This document shows, piece after piece, positions 1 through 11,530 of a DNA stretch of 64,000 bases; position 1 is the stretch's first letter, and the number at the start of each line of letters is the position of its first letter. A program made the translations under genes and the position numbers. The DNA lies in NCBI RefSeq assembly GCF_963921235.1, contig NW_026948143.1, positions 62,001-126,000 on the forward strand, given 5' to 3'. The stretch is from Mobula hypostoma. Lineage: Eukaryota. The notes beneath the pieces are model-generated. The model had not been told where the DNA came from and ran no database searches. It was given only the letters and a program-made list of their open reading frames with translations.

Positions 1-3000
1 CATAGAGATCACCGACTGTATTTACACCTTTCATCTTCCATTCTTTCCAGTACACCATTCTTTTCCCAATGCGTATCTCAGGGTTATTCCAGAGCGAGGA
101 GTATAACTGGTTTAAATGTGACATTCTACAAGCTTTATGAATTGTACTCCACACACTCCTTGAGTGAGATAGTATAGGATTTAGATTAGTCTTGTTTTCC
201 ACAAGTTGTGAAAGAATGTTAAGGGGAGAATGTGGTACAGCCAGGCTCCATTCTATGATTACCCAATCTAAATCAACATCACTCCTGTCCCAATGTTTAG
301 CTAACTTGGTCATTTCAAAGGATAATTTATATGCCCTGGACATACACATCTTACCCATTTTAATTCTGGGCTTCTTCTTATCCCATAGAAGATCCATGAT
401 AATTTTGTTGTATTGCTTGTAGATCAAATCTGGTACAGTATATTTAAAGGAAGCATCATAGAAAGATAGCTAAACTGAGATGCTATGGCCATTTTAGCTA
501 CATTGACTTTACCCCAGAGGGACAGTCTCAGTGCCCCCCACTTATCCAGATTATTTCTTATCTTACTCAATAATGAGTCATAATTTAAAGAAATTATTTC
601 ATCCAAATTCTCACTAAGTTTCACCCCTAGATACTTCATTCCAACTGGCACCCATCTGAAATTAAACTGAGATACTGAATTTGAAAAACATAGTTTTAAC
701 ATTGGCATAGCTCAGATTTATTGCAGTTGATTTTATAACCAGATGCCTCAGAGTATAATTGAATTGTTTTCATTAGTGGGGGGTAAGGAGTTAGAAGGGT
801 CGCTAATCAGTAATAAAATATCGTCAGCATATAACATCAGCTTATGCTCCTTTCCACCTCCCTTCACCCCTCTAACATTTGGATCTGCCCTCATCACGAT
901 TGCCAGCAGTTCCAAAAAAATCATAAATAACAGTGGGGAGAGGGGGCAGCCTTGGCGTGTACCCAGTGAGATGTTGAAAAATGGGGATATGATACCATTT
1001 GTAATAACTGCAGCCTTAGGGTTTTTATACAAAATTCTAATCCATGATCTAAAGATAGAGTCAAGGCTGTGGTTAAAAATATCCACTCAACCCTGTCAAA
1101 GGCCTTTTTGGCGTCCAGGGAGATGGCGGTAACTGGGATACTACTTGGGGAGTTCAGCCATATTAAGTGCAGTAATCTCCTTACATTGTCAGTTGAGGAT
1201 CTGCCTTTAATGAAGCCAACCTGGTCAGTATTAATTTTAGATGGCAATACTTTCTTTAATTGCAAAGCCAATATTTTAGTCAGTATCTTACAGTCCACAG
1301 TAATTAAGCTTATAGCCTATAATTGGATGGATCTATTGCCTCCCTGTCTTTTTCTGGGATCAACGATATTAATGCTTCATTAAATGAATTTGGTAAAGAT
1401 TCCAAATTAGGTGCTTCTGAATAGATTTTTGTTAGAATAGGAGCCAATATGTCCAGAAATTTCTTATAATATTCAACTGGGAAGCCATCCATGCCTGGAG
1501 ATTTCCCCTTTTTCATAGCCGCAATAGCCCGTCTGACCTCATCCTCAGTAATTGGGGCATCCAAGGACTCAGCTTGTTGTGGGGATAATGTAGGCAATTT
1601 TATGTTAGCAAAAAACTGATTTGGCTCCTCCTGGTCATAGTTAAACGGTGATGCATATAGATGTTCATAGAATTGTCGAAAGACTTCGTTTATTTCTTTA
1701 GATGATGACACTAATGTATCCCCTTTCTTAATTACAGGTATAACACTACTCGTATTCTGCTGGTTTAAGTATCGTGCCAGCAGCTTACCAGCTTTGTCAC
1801 CACCTTCATAGAAACTTGTTGTTAACCTAAATAATGCATATTCTGCTCCTTTGTTATATATGTTATTTAGCTGGAATTTCAAATTGCACAGATCTTTGTA
1901 TAAGTCACTAGCATATTGTCTTGCTAAAACCTTTTCCAATGTGGTTGTTTCTGTCTCCAGATTTTTTATTTGCTCCATACTTTCTTTCTTCCTTTTAGAT
2001 GTTTGTGCTATTAATTTTCCTCTTATATACGCTTGGTTGCCTCCCATACCGAGGACAGCTTTACCGTGGTCTCTACGTTCAATTCAGAAAACGAAGTCAG
2101 ATCCTCAGCCAACTTATCACTAAAATCCTCATCTTTTAACCGCATAGTATTCATTCGCCACCTACCCCTCCTTCCCCTTTCAGAATTTAAATCAATTTGA
2201 ATTTCAGCCGGTGCATGGTCTGGTAATGGTATTGGGCCAATTTTACAGTCTATCAGCTGTTCTACAATGGAGTTGAATATTAGAAAAAAATCTATTCTAG
2301 AGTAGGATTTATTTCGATGAGAGAAAAATGTATATTATTTTCCGGATGGATTCACCAATCGCCATATATCCACCAGACTGATATCCTCAATAAGTGGATG
2401 TAAGGCAGCCCTGTCCCTGGGTGCTGGTGATGTCTGAAATTTGCTTTTATCAACAATAGGGTCCACTACTTGGTTAAGGTCTTCTGCTAAAATTATTTTT
2501 CCTTCCTTGGTGCCTAAAATTTCATTCGCCTTGTTAAGAAAGTCTGGGTCTTCCTTATTAGGTGTATATATGTCACAAAGTACTACATTCACCCCATTAA
2601 TAAGTGCATCTATAAAAATTATCCTGCCTTCCTTGTCTTTAAATTCTCCAAGCAATAGAAAGCTAAGTTTTTTGTTAATTAAAATCATTGTCCCACTTTG
2701 TTTGCTATTAAGTGATGAATAGAATACCTGGCCCACCCAATCTCTTCTAAATTTCAGTGCTTTAACATCTTTAAAATGTGTTTCCTGGACAAATGCAACA
2801 TCAATTTGTTTACCTTTAAGGTATGATAAAATCTTTTTCCTCTTGATTGGGTTTCCACACCCATTGATGTTCCATGATCTGAAATTAACCATTTTCATGT
2901 CCTAAACTTTATGCACAAATGTGCAAAAATATACATTTTCCCCGATGGCTGAGTCTGGAATGCAATAACTCCGAAAAAATAGTCCAAAAAAACCTGCTGT

Positions 3001-3309
3001 ACTCTATCCCCGTGCTCAATTATTACCAACAAACACTGCAAATACTGTGCTCCCAAACAAGTAAACAACCAACGTAACCCAAAAACATATAAATAATATA
3101 TTCCTGCTAGATTAACCAACAAATAAAAACAAACAGGCAGGATAAACTCCACAAAGAAACAGAAAAGAAAAAGACACATGATATGGTTTGCAAAGTGCTG
3201 TGCCAGCTAGCAAGCTTCACCCTAATCAGACCGCTTCACCCAGCTCCCCACCCACCCTGTTATAGCTAAAAAGTTATCTCCACCTATCACTGTGATCAAA
3301 TCCTGTCTC

Positions 3310-4119
3310 TCAGTCAATGCCAGCGCCGCAGTTTTTCTGAATGAATTTCTCTGCTTCTGCAGTGGTAGTAAAGAACTTGTTCTTTCCTTTCCACGTGAAG
3401 CGTAGAACTGCTGGATAAGCGAGTGTGTATCTCATGTTGACTTTTTGCAGCATTTTCCGAGCCGTAGTAAATGCCCTCCATTTTTCAGCCAATTCTCTGG
3501 ACATATCTGGAAAGAAGGAAATGTTACATCCCTCCCACTCAACTCTTCTCTTTGCTTTGGCCGCTTGCAGCACTTTCTCTCTGGCCGAAGAGCGCAAGAA
3601 TTGTATTAGGACTAGCCTGGGGGGGCGATCCTCACCCGGCCTGGAAGCCGAGGCCCGATGCGCCCTCTCAATCTCTAACTCTGCGTTCAGTTCAATGCCA
3701 AATCCTTCGGACATGATTCTTTGCACACACTTAATCAGACCGCCCGTTTCCGCACCCTCCTTTAGACCGATCAGCCTGACGTTGTTGCGTCTGCTCCTGT
3801 TCTCAAGCTCCTTGACACGTTTCCATAGCAGGTCCAAGCATTTATTATTCTGCTCGCTAGCACCCACCAGTTGCATAGTGGTGTCCTCCACACTGGAGAG
3901 ACAGCCCTCGGCTTCCGTCAGCCTCTCTTGAATGGCATTGACGGAGCTCTTCAACTCCGTTGTCGCTTCCTTAATCATAGATACATCAGCAGTCACCACG
4001 AGTAGAGTGGAACTCATACGACTAACCTTGGCCAGTAAATTCTCCATGTTGGAGCCCTGGTCCGTTTGTGTCATTAGCGTGGCTTGAACTTCGGATTGTA
4101 GGCTCTGTCTTGTAGCCAC
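3310..4119 (-). CDS. L1 ORF1p (coiled coil + RRM + CTD, Transposase_22-like), open frame; true start uncertain
   Basis: Motifs LENRSRRNNVRLIGLKEG, IERAHR, PRLVLIQF, FFPDMS and LAYPAVLR are typical of vertebrate L1 ORF1p. Confidence 0.88.
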   Translation of the reverse strand: MATRQSLQSEVQATLMTQTDQGSNMENLLAKVSRMSSTLLVVTADVSMIKEATTELKSSVNAIQERLTEAEGCLSSVEDTTMQLVGASEQNNKCLDLLWKRVKELENRSRRNNVRLIGLKEGAETGGLIKCVQRIMSEGFGIELNAELEIERAHRASASRPGEDRPPRLVLIQFLRSSAREKVLQAAKAKRRVEWEGCNISFFPDMSRELAEKWRAFTTARKMLQKVNMRYTLAYPAVLRFTWKGKNKFFTTTAEAEKFIQKNCGAGID

Positions 4120-4280
4120 GTGGCTCGCTGTGATGCTCTTAGGTCACAAAGTTGTTATTAGCCCTTTTAGTGACAAAAACAGTTTTTAACTGCAGGACCA
4201 CTGTATCCGGACAAGGTGGAATAAATATGCTCTAATTAATAGAATTTCATGGTGGGTTGTCGGAGCTCCGCTGACGTGCA

Positions 4281-4289
4281 GCCATCTTG
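4281..4289 (-). promoter_or_regulatory. YY1-like motif (CAAGATGGC) at the 5' terminus of the L1
   Basis: Plus strand gccatcttg at 4281-4289, a few bases inside the element's 5' end. This is the position of the YY1 site in mammalian L1. Confidence 0.55.
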
Positions 4290-4649
4290 CCCAGTACCCA
4301 TGTGACTCCCTTGCTACTCTTTTTGATTTTGCATCCCTAATGTACTGATACTCATCCTGCTGGTTGCAACCAAGTCCCATCACCTGCCTGCCCTTCCTGA
4401 CAGTCTGACTGCACGTTATCTTTACTTCTTTACCATCCGTTCTATCCTGAGTCCCTTCACTCTTGTTCCCACCTACCCTGCCAAATTAGTTTAAACCCTC
4501 CCCAGCATCTTTGACAAATCTGCCCGAGTGAATACTGGTCCCCTATGAGTTCAGGTGCAACCCATCATTTTTAAACAAGTCAGACCTCCTCCAGAAGAGA
4601 TCCCAATGATCCAAGAATCTGAAGTCCTGCCCCCTGAACCAGCTTCTCC

Positions 4650-5612
4650 TTTTTATGCTGTATATAAATGATTTAGATGATGGAGTAGATGGCTGGATTG
4701 CCAAGTTTGCAGATGATATGAAGATTAGTGGAAGGGAGGTAGTGTTGAGCAAACAGGTAGAATGCAGAAGGACTGAGACTGGGAGAATGGGCAAGAAAGG
4801 GGCAAATGAAATACAGTATTGGAAAATGCATGGTCATGCACTTTGACGGTAGAAATAAATGTGCAGGCTATTTTCCAAATGGGGAGAAAATCGAGGAATC
4901 TGAGATGCAGAAGGGCTTGTGAATCCTTGCGCAGAACACCGTGAAGGTTAACTTGCAGGTCGAGTCAGTGGTGAGGAAGGCAAATGCAATGTTAGCATTC
5001 ATTTCAAGAGGTCTAGAATACAAGAGCAAGGATGTGATGCTGAGGCTTTATAACACACCGGTGAGGCCTCACCTTGAATATTGTGAACAGTTTTGGGCCC
5101 CTCATCTCAGAAAAGATGTGCTGGCATTGGAGAGGGTCCAGAGGAGGTTCACAAGGATGATTCCAGGAATGAAAGGGTTATCATATGAGGAACGTTTGAT
5201 GGCTCTGGGTCTGTACTCGCTGGAATTCAGAAGGATGAGGGGGATCTCAATGAAACCTTTCAAATGTTGAAAGGCCTAACGAGAGTAGATGTGGAAAGGA
5301 TGTTTCCCATGGTGGAAGAGTCTAGGACAAGAGGGCACAGCCTCAGGAAAGAAGGACGCCCTTGCAGAGAAATTTCTTCAGCCAAAGGGTGGTGAACTTG
5401 TGGAAGTTGTTGTCACATGCAGCTGTGGATGTATTTAAGGCAGAGATTGATAGGTTCTTGATTGGCCACGGCCTCAAAGGTTACGGGGAGAAGGCAAGGA
5501 ACTGGGTTTGAGGAGGAGATAAAAATAAAGGATCGGCCATGATTGAATGGCGGAGCAGACTCGATGGGCCAGATGGCCTAATTCTGCTCCTATGGCTTCT
5601 GGTCTTATGGTC
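4650..5612 (+). mobile_element. 5'-truncated CR1 (RT C-half + 3' tail)
   Basis: LYINDLD...KFADD, VRPHLEYCEQFWAPHLRKD, LGLYSLEFRR; ends in a (TCTTATGG)-type tail. Confidence 0.9.
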
Positions 5613-5804
5613 TAAGTCCCTACAAAGGACTGTGGAAACTGCTGAGAATATCATAGGGGTCTCCCTACCATCTATCAGAGACATTTATAAGGAATACTTT
5701 AATATTAAAGCATTTAGCTTGGCAGGTATATCAATCATGATGGAATGGTGGAGCAGACTTGATGGACTGAATGGCCTAATTCTGCTCCTATATCTTATGG
5801 TCTT
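5613..5804 (+). mobile_element. Short Rex1/Babar RT C-terminal fragment followed by a CR1 3' tail fragment
   Basis: KSLQRTVETAENIIGVSLPSIRDIY, then atggcctaattctgctcctatatcttatggtctt. Confidence 0.6.
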
Positions 5805-6309
5805 CTCAGCTACGCACTTATCCACCAAGTCATCCTGCTTCTACCCTTACTGATGCGTGGCACAGGCAGCAATCCAGAAATTACTACCCTGGAAGTCCTT
5901 CTTCTCAACTTTCTACCTAGCTCTCCAAAATCTGTTTTCAGGCCCTCTTTGCTTTTCCTTCTATGTCATTGGTACCAATATGTACCAAGAAATTGGCTGC
6001 TCTCCCTCCCTCTCCAAATTGTTGTGGACGCTATCTGAGACGTCCCTGACCTTGGCACCTGGGAGGCAACATAGCATCTGGGTGTCTTGTTCACGTCCAC
6101 AGACTCTCCTGTCTGTTCCCTTCACTATCAAGTCCCCTATCACTACCACTCCCTTCTTCCCGTACAAGCCAAAGGTCATCCAGCTGCTGCTCCAGATCCC
6201 TAACACGGTTTTCAAGGAGCTGCAGCTGGATGACCTTCACGCAGATTTATTTCCCCGGGAGAGTCTGGGTCCAGCATCCATAACACACGACCACAATTTA
6301 CTATACCAG

Positions 6310-7088
6310 GTCTTCTTCTTATCGTGTCCACGGACAATCTATACATGGCCCAGCCAGAACTGGACACATTTTTGCTCCTTGTTGAATTTGGCAAGATCTG
6401 CAACAGTACAGGGTTCCTCTAGTGATGGGCATTGCAGGAGATGTTGCATAGTTTGTGGCTCAGTTCCATATTCACAAGTTGTCGGGCTGGTTGTATAATC
6501 CCCATTTACTTAGTGACACCTTTGAATGACCTACACCAGTCCTAAGTCTGTTAAGGCACCTCCAGGTTGCCCAGTTGCAATTAGCTCCTGGGGAAGGCTT
6601 TCACCCGGTGGAATCTCCATCACTGGGGGTTGTTTGAGACTGACGAGCCAGTCTTTCCACAAGGCGATGTTGGCTTCAGATGGAGTTGATTGTAATGGAA
6701 CAACACTGTTCATGAAGATCTTCCTTGACTTTAGGTGGCTGGGTGTAGGTGTATGACCATGTAGAGGGTGCCTCTCATCTGATGTTTGACAGAGTCGTCC
6801 TTTCTTGTTGGCTACCGTTCTTCTTATATCAGGGGGAGCGATACCTGCCAGGATATATAGGCTGTTGGTGTTTGTTGGTTTTAAAAAACCTGTGATAAGT
6901 CGGCAGCTTGCATTCAGAATGGCATCCATCTTCTTAGCATGAGCAGATCTTTCCCATGCAGGGCAGGCATATTTGGCAGTGGAATGGCAAAGAGCAAGTG
7001 CACTGGCTTGCAATATTTTCGAGCTTGCTCCCCATTTTGTGTTAGTGAGCTTATTCAGGATGTTGTTTCATGCGCTCACTTTTGCCTT
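6310..7088 (-). mobile_element. RTE-X-like LINE, 5'-truncated, 3' end present
   Basis: SALALCHSTAKYACPAW...LNASCRLITGFLKPT...LAGIAPPDIRR, a C-terminal zinc-knuckle-like CEYGTEPQTMQHLLQCP and an (AAG)n tail at ~6311-6320. Confidence 0.75.
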
Positions 7089-7123
7089 TGTCTAATTCTG
7101 CTCCTATGTCTTATGGTCTTATG

Positions 7124-7381
7124 GAGTGGGAACGGTCCTGGAGACCCATGCACAGTATAGAGTGGGAACAGTTCTGGACAGCCATGCTTCAGGAAGGAAT
7201 GGGAATAGTTCCAGGGAGTCACGCTTCAGGAGGGACCGGGAACAATCCTGGAGACCCATATTTCAGTATAGAGTGGGAACAATCGTGGAGAGCCATGTTT
7301 CTGGATTGTATGGGAGCAATCTTGGAGGGCCACACTTCAGGAAGGAATGGAAACAGCACTGGAGAGCCATAATGCAGGAAG
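7124..7381. repeat. 37-bp minisatellite, ~7 degenerate copies (consensus ~GAATGGGAACAGTCCTGGAGAGCCATGCTTCAGGAAG), left half
   Basis: Head-to-tail units with no spacers. The same unit recurs at 34878-35037. Confidence 0.9.
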
Positions 7382-7560
7382 AACCATAAGACCATAAGAC
7401 ATTGGAGCAGAATTACACCATTCAGCCCATTAATATTTCTTTGCCATTCAGGGCTGATGTCGGATCCCATTCAACCCCGTACACCTGCCTTCTCACCATA
7501 TCCTTTGATGCTTTCATGCCCTGACCTATCAGGAAACTATCAACTTCCACCTTAAGTATA

Positions 7561-10438
7561 TTTGCTAAGGCTATTGGGGAGAATTTAAACTAGAATTGTT
7601 GGGGATTGGGAATCAAACTGAAGAGACGGAGGAAGAGGCGGTTGGCTTGCAAATAGAGAAAGCTTGGGGACAGTGCAAGAGGGAGGATAGGCAGGTGATA
7701 GAGAAGGGATACGCTCAGACCGATGGTTTGAGATGTGTCTATTTTAATGCAAGAAGTATTATGACCAAAGCAGATGAGCCTAGAGTGTGGATCAGTACTT
7801 GGAGCTATGATATTGTGGCCATTACAGAGACTTGGATACTCAGGGGCAGGAACGTTTACTTAGAGTGCCAGGCTTTAGATGTTTCAGAAAGGACAGGGAA
7901 GGAGGTAAAAGAGTTGGGGGTGTGACACTGTTAATCAGAGATAGTGTCATGGCTGCATAAAAGGAGGAAATAATGGAGGGATTGTCTACGGAGTCTCTGT
8001 GGGTGGAAGTTAGGAACAGCAAGGGGTCAAAAACTCTACTGGGTGTTTTTTATAGACAATCCTATAGTAGCAGGGACATTGAGAAGCAGAGAGGGAAACG
8101 GATTCTGGAAAGGTGTAATAATAACAGGGTTGCTATGGTGGGAGATTTTAATTTCCCAAATATTGATTGACATCTCCCTAGAGTGAGGGGTTTAGATGGG
8201 GTGGAGTTTGTTAGGTGTGTTCAGGAAGGTTTCTTGACACAATGTGTAGATAAGCCTACAAAAGGAGAGGCTGTACTTGATCTGGTATTGGGAAATGAAC
8301 CTAGTCAAGTGTCAGATCTCTCAGTGGGAGAGCATTTTGGAGATAGTCACAATTCTATCTCCTTTACCATAGCTTTGGAGAGGAATAGGAACAGACAAGT
8401 TAGGAAAGTGTTTAATTGGAGTAAGGGGAAATAAGAGGCTATCAGGCAGGAAATTGGAATCGTAAATTGGGAACAGATGTTCAAAGGGAAATGTACAGAA
8501 GAAATGTGGCAAATGATCAGGAGGTATTTGTGTGGAGTTCTGCATAGGTACGTTCCAATGAGACAGGGAAAGGATGGTAGGGTACAGGAACCGTAGTGTA
8601 CAAAGGCTGTTGTAAACCCAGTCAAGAAGAAAATAAAAACTTACAGAAGGTTCAGAGAGCGAGGTAACGATAGAGATCTAGAAGATTATAAGGCCAGCAG
8701 GATGGAGCTTAAGAGTGAAATTAGGAGAGCCAGAAGGGGTCATGAGAAGGCCTTGGCGGACAGGATTAAGGAAAAGCCCAAGGCATTCTACAAGTATGTG
8801 AAGAGCAAGAGGATAAGACGTAAGAGAATAAGACCAATCAAGTCTGACAGTGGGAAAGTGTGTATGGAACTGGAGGAGATAGCAAAAGGTACTTAATGAG
8901 TACTTTGCTTCATTATTCACTGTGGAAAAGGATCTTGGTGATTGTAGTGATGACTTACAGTCAACTGAAAAGCTTGAGCGTGTAGATATTAAGAAAGAGG
9001 ATGTGCTGGAGCTTTTGGAAAGCATCAAGTTAGGTAAGTCACCAGGACCGGACGAGATGTATCCCAGGCTACAGGCTGTAGAAAGCTAGAAAGGAGATTA
9101 GTGAGCCTCTAGCAATGATATTTGCATCATCAATGGGGACGGGAAAGGTTCTGCAGGATTGGAGGTTTGCGGATGTTGTTCCCTTATTCAAGAAAGGGAG
9201 TAGAGATAGCCCAGGAAATTATGGACCAGTAAGTCTTACTTCAGCTGTTGGTAAGTTGATGGAAAAGATCCTGAGAGGCAGAATTTATGAACATTTGGAG
9301 AGGCATAATATGATTGGGAATAGTCAGCATGGCTTTGTCAAAAGTAGGTTGTGCCTTATGAGCCTGATTGAATTTTTTGAGGATGTGACTAAGCACATTG
9401 ATGAAGGTAGAGTCATTGCTATAGGGTATATGGATTTCAGCAAGGCATTTGATAAGGTACCCCATGCAAGGCTTATTGAGAAAGTAAGGAGGCACGGGAT
9501 CCAAGGGACATTGCTTTGTGGATCCAGAACTGACTTGCCCACAGAAGGCAAAGAGTGGTTGTAGACGGGTCATATTCTGCATGGAGGTCGGTGACTAGTG
9601 GTGTGCCTCAGGGATCTGTTCTGGGACCCTTACTCTTCGTGATTTTTATAAATGACCTAGATGAGGAAGTGGAGGGATGGGTTAGTAAATTTGGTGATTG
9701 ATGGCAGAATATAGTATTAATGGTAAGACACTTGGCAGTGTGGAGGATCAGAGGGATCTTGGGGTCTAAGTCCATAGGACACTCAAAGCTGCTGCACAGG
9801 TTGACTCTGTGGTTGAGAAGGCATACGGTGCATTGGCCTTCATCAACTGTGGGATTGAGCTTAAGAGCTGAGAGGTAATGTTACAGCTATATAGGACCCT
9901 TGTCAGACCCCACTTGGAGTACTGTGCTCAGTTCGGGTCACCTCACAACAGGAATGGTGTGGAAACTATAGAAAGGGTGCAGAGGAGATTTACAAAGATG
10001 TTGCCTGAATTGGGGAGCATGCCTTATGAGAATAGGTTGAGTGAACTCAGCCTTTTCCCCTTGGAGTGATGGAGGATGAGAGGTGTAGAAGATGATGAGA
10101 GGCGTTGATTGTGTGGATGGTCAGAGACTTTTTCCCCAGGGCTGAAATGGCTAGCGTGAGAGGGCACAGTTTTAAGGTGCTTGGAAGTAGGTACAGAGGA
10201 GATGCCAGGGGTAAGTTTTTTACACAGAGGGTGGTGAGTGTGTGGAATGGGCTGTCGGCGACGGTGGTGGAGGCGGATACGATAGGGTCTTTTAAATGAC
10301 TCCAGGATAGGTACATGGATCTTAGAAAAATAGAGGGCTATGGGTAACCCTAGATAATTTCTAAAGTAAGTGCATATTCGACACAGCATTGTGGGCCAAA
10401 GGACCTGTATTGTGCTATAGGTTTTCTATGTTTCTATG
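7561..10438 (+). mobile_element. CR1-A copy, ORF2 (APE + RT) pseudogene with an internal deletion near 9700
   Basis: [59 protein letters not shown]; tail ttttctatgtttctatg. Confidence 0.93.
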
Positions 10439-11530
10439 CATACCCACTGACTTGTCTCCACCGCTGTCTGTGGAGGTGATTCTACAGATTTACTACTGTT
10501 TGGCTCAAAAATTCCTCCTTATCTTTGTTCTAAGGGGTCGCCCCTCAATGCTGAGGCCTCTAGTTCTGGATACCCCCACCATAGAAAACATCCTTTCCAC
10601 ATCCACTCTATCTCGTCCTTTCAGGATTCTTCTAAATTCCAGTGAGTACAGGCCCAAAGCTGCCAAACACTCCTCATATGTTAATCCGTTCCTTCCCGGA
10701 ATCATCCTTGTGAACCTCCACTGGACTCTCCCCAGTGACCACTTGACCACTGTTACACCCCCTTCTGCAATACTTACAAAGCTCTCCTTCGCCCAGCTTT
10801 TGAAAAATCAGATCACTCTTTGATCCTGCTTTTTCTGACGTATAGGCAGAAGCTGAAAGAAGAGGTGGCCACAATTAAAACTGTCCACTGTTGGTCTGAC
10901 CAATCAGCCTCCATGCTGCAGAACTGGTTCATTGTCGTCAGCTGAAATGTCTTCCATGATGAGGATGTCTCCGAGCTCACGGGTGCAATCACATGCTTCA
11001 TCTGGAAGTGCATTGACAATATTGTCCCCCAGAAGTCGGTCAGGGTCTCCCCAAACCAGAAACTCTGGATTAATAGTTCCGTGCGAGCAGCACTTACAGT
11101 GTGATATCGAGCTTACATTGCTGGCAATCAGCAGAAGCTCAAGAGAAGCAGCTGTGATCTGCGCAAAGCTATCAGGGCTGCGAAACAATAAAACTGGGAC
11201 AAGATTGAATCAAGATTCACAACGAACAGCACACGTGACTTGTGGCAAGGGCTGCATACCATCGCAGACTTCAAAGCCAAGCGTTGTGGTGTCACCGACA
11301 TCGCGGCCTCTCTCCCAGATGAGCGCAATCGCTTTTATGCTCGGTTTGATGTTGCTAACTCTGAGCCTCCGAGGAAAACCTCCGTAACCTGCAACCTGGT
11401 TATCTCTGAGGCTAAGATATGCAGATATTTCCAACGGGTGGACAGTCGCAAGGCTGTGGGACCGGACGGCATCCCAGGGCAGGTACTCAGGATGTGCGCA
11501 GCGCAACTGGCAGGTGTGTTTACTGACATT

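Larger units (their letters stand above)
1..4292 (-). mobile_element. L1-clade LINE (copy 1), 5' end intact, 3' end runs off the window; ORF2 disrupted
   Basis: ORF1 at 3310-4119. ORF2 pieces: APE endonuclease (SWNINGCGNPIKRKKILSYLK, FVQETH; 2335-2898), linker (KSPGMDGFPVEYYK; 1310-2047) and RT (SLDAKKAFDRVEW, GTRQGCPLSPLLF, LYADD; 424-1298), broken by stops and frameshifts. The 5' end reads GGGCAAGATGGC. Confidence 0.95.
4293..6250 (-). mobile_element. CR1 ORF1 (SGNH/esterase-like) fragment in two pieces, 4293-4648 and ~5805-6250
   Basis: VVVIGDLIVKGTDRRVCG...CCLPGAKVRDV (5961-6215) and QDFRFLDHWDLFWRRSDLFKNDGLHLN (4543-4640). The two pieces join across the insert. Confidence 0.8.

Noticed and set aside
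7124..7381. CRISPR-like 37-bp periodic repeats (also 34878-35037 and 60824-61080)
   Set aside because: Units are head-to-tail and degenerate with no unique spacers, there are no cas genes, and the context is eukaryotic.
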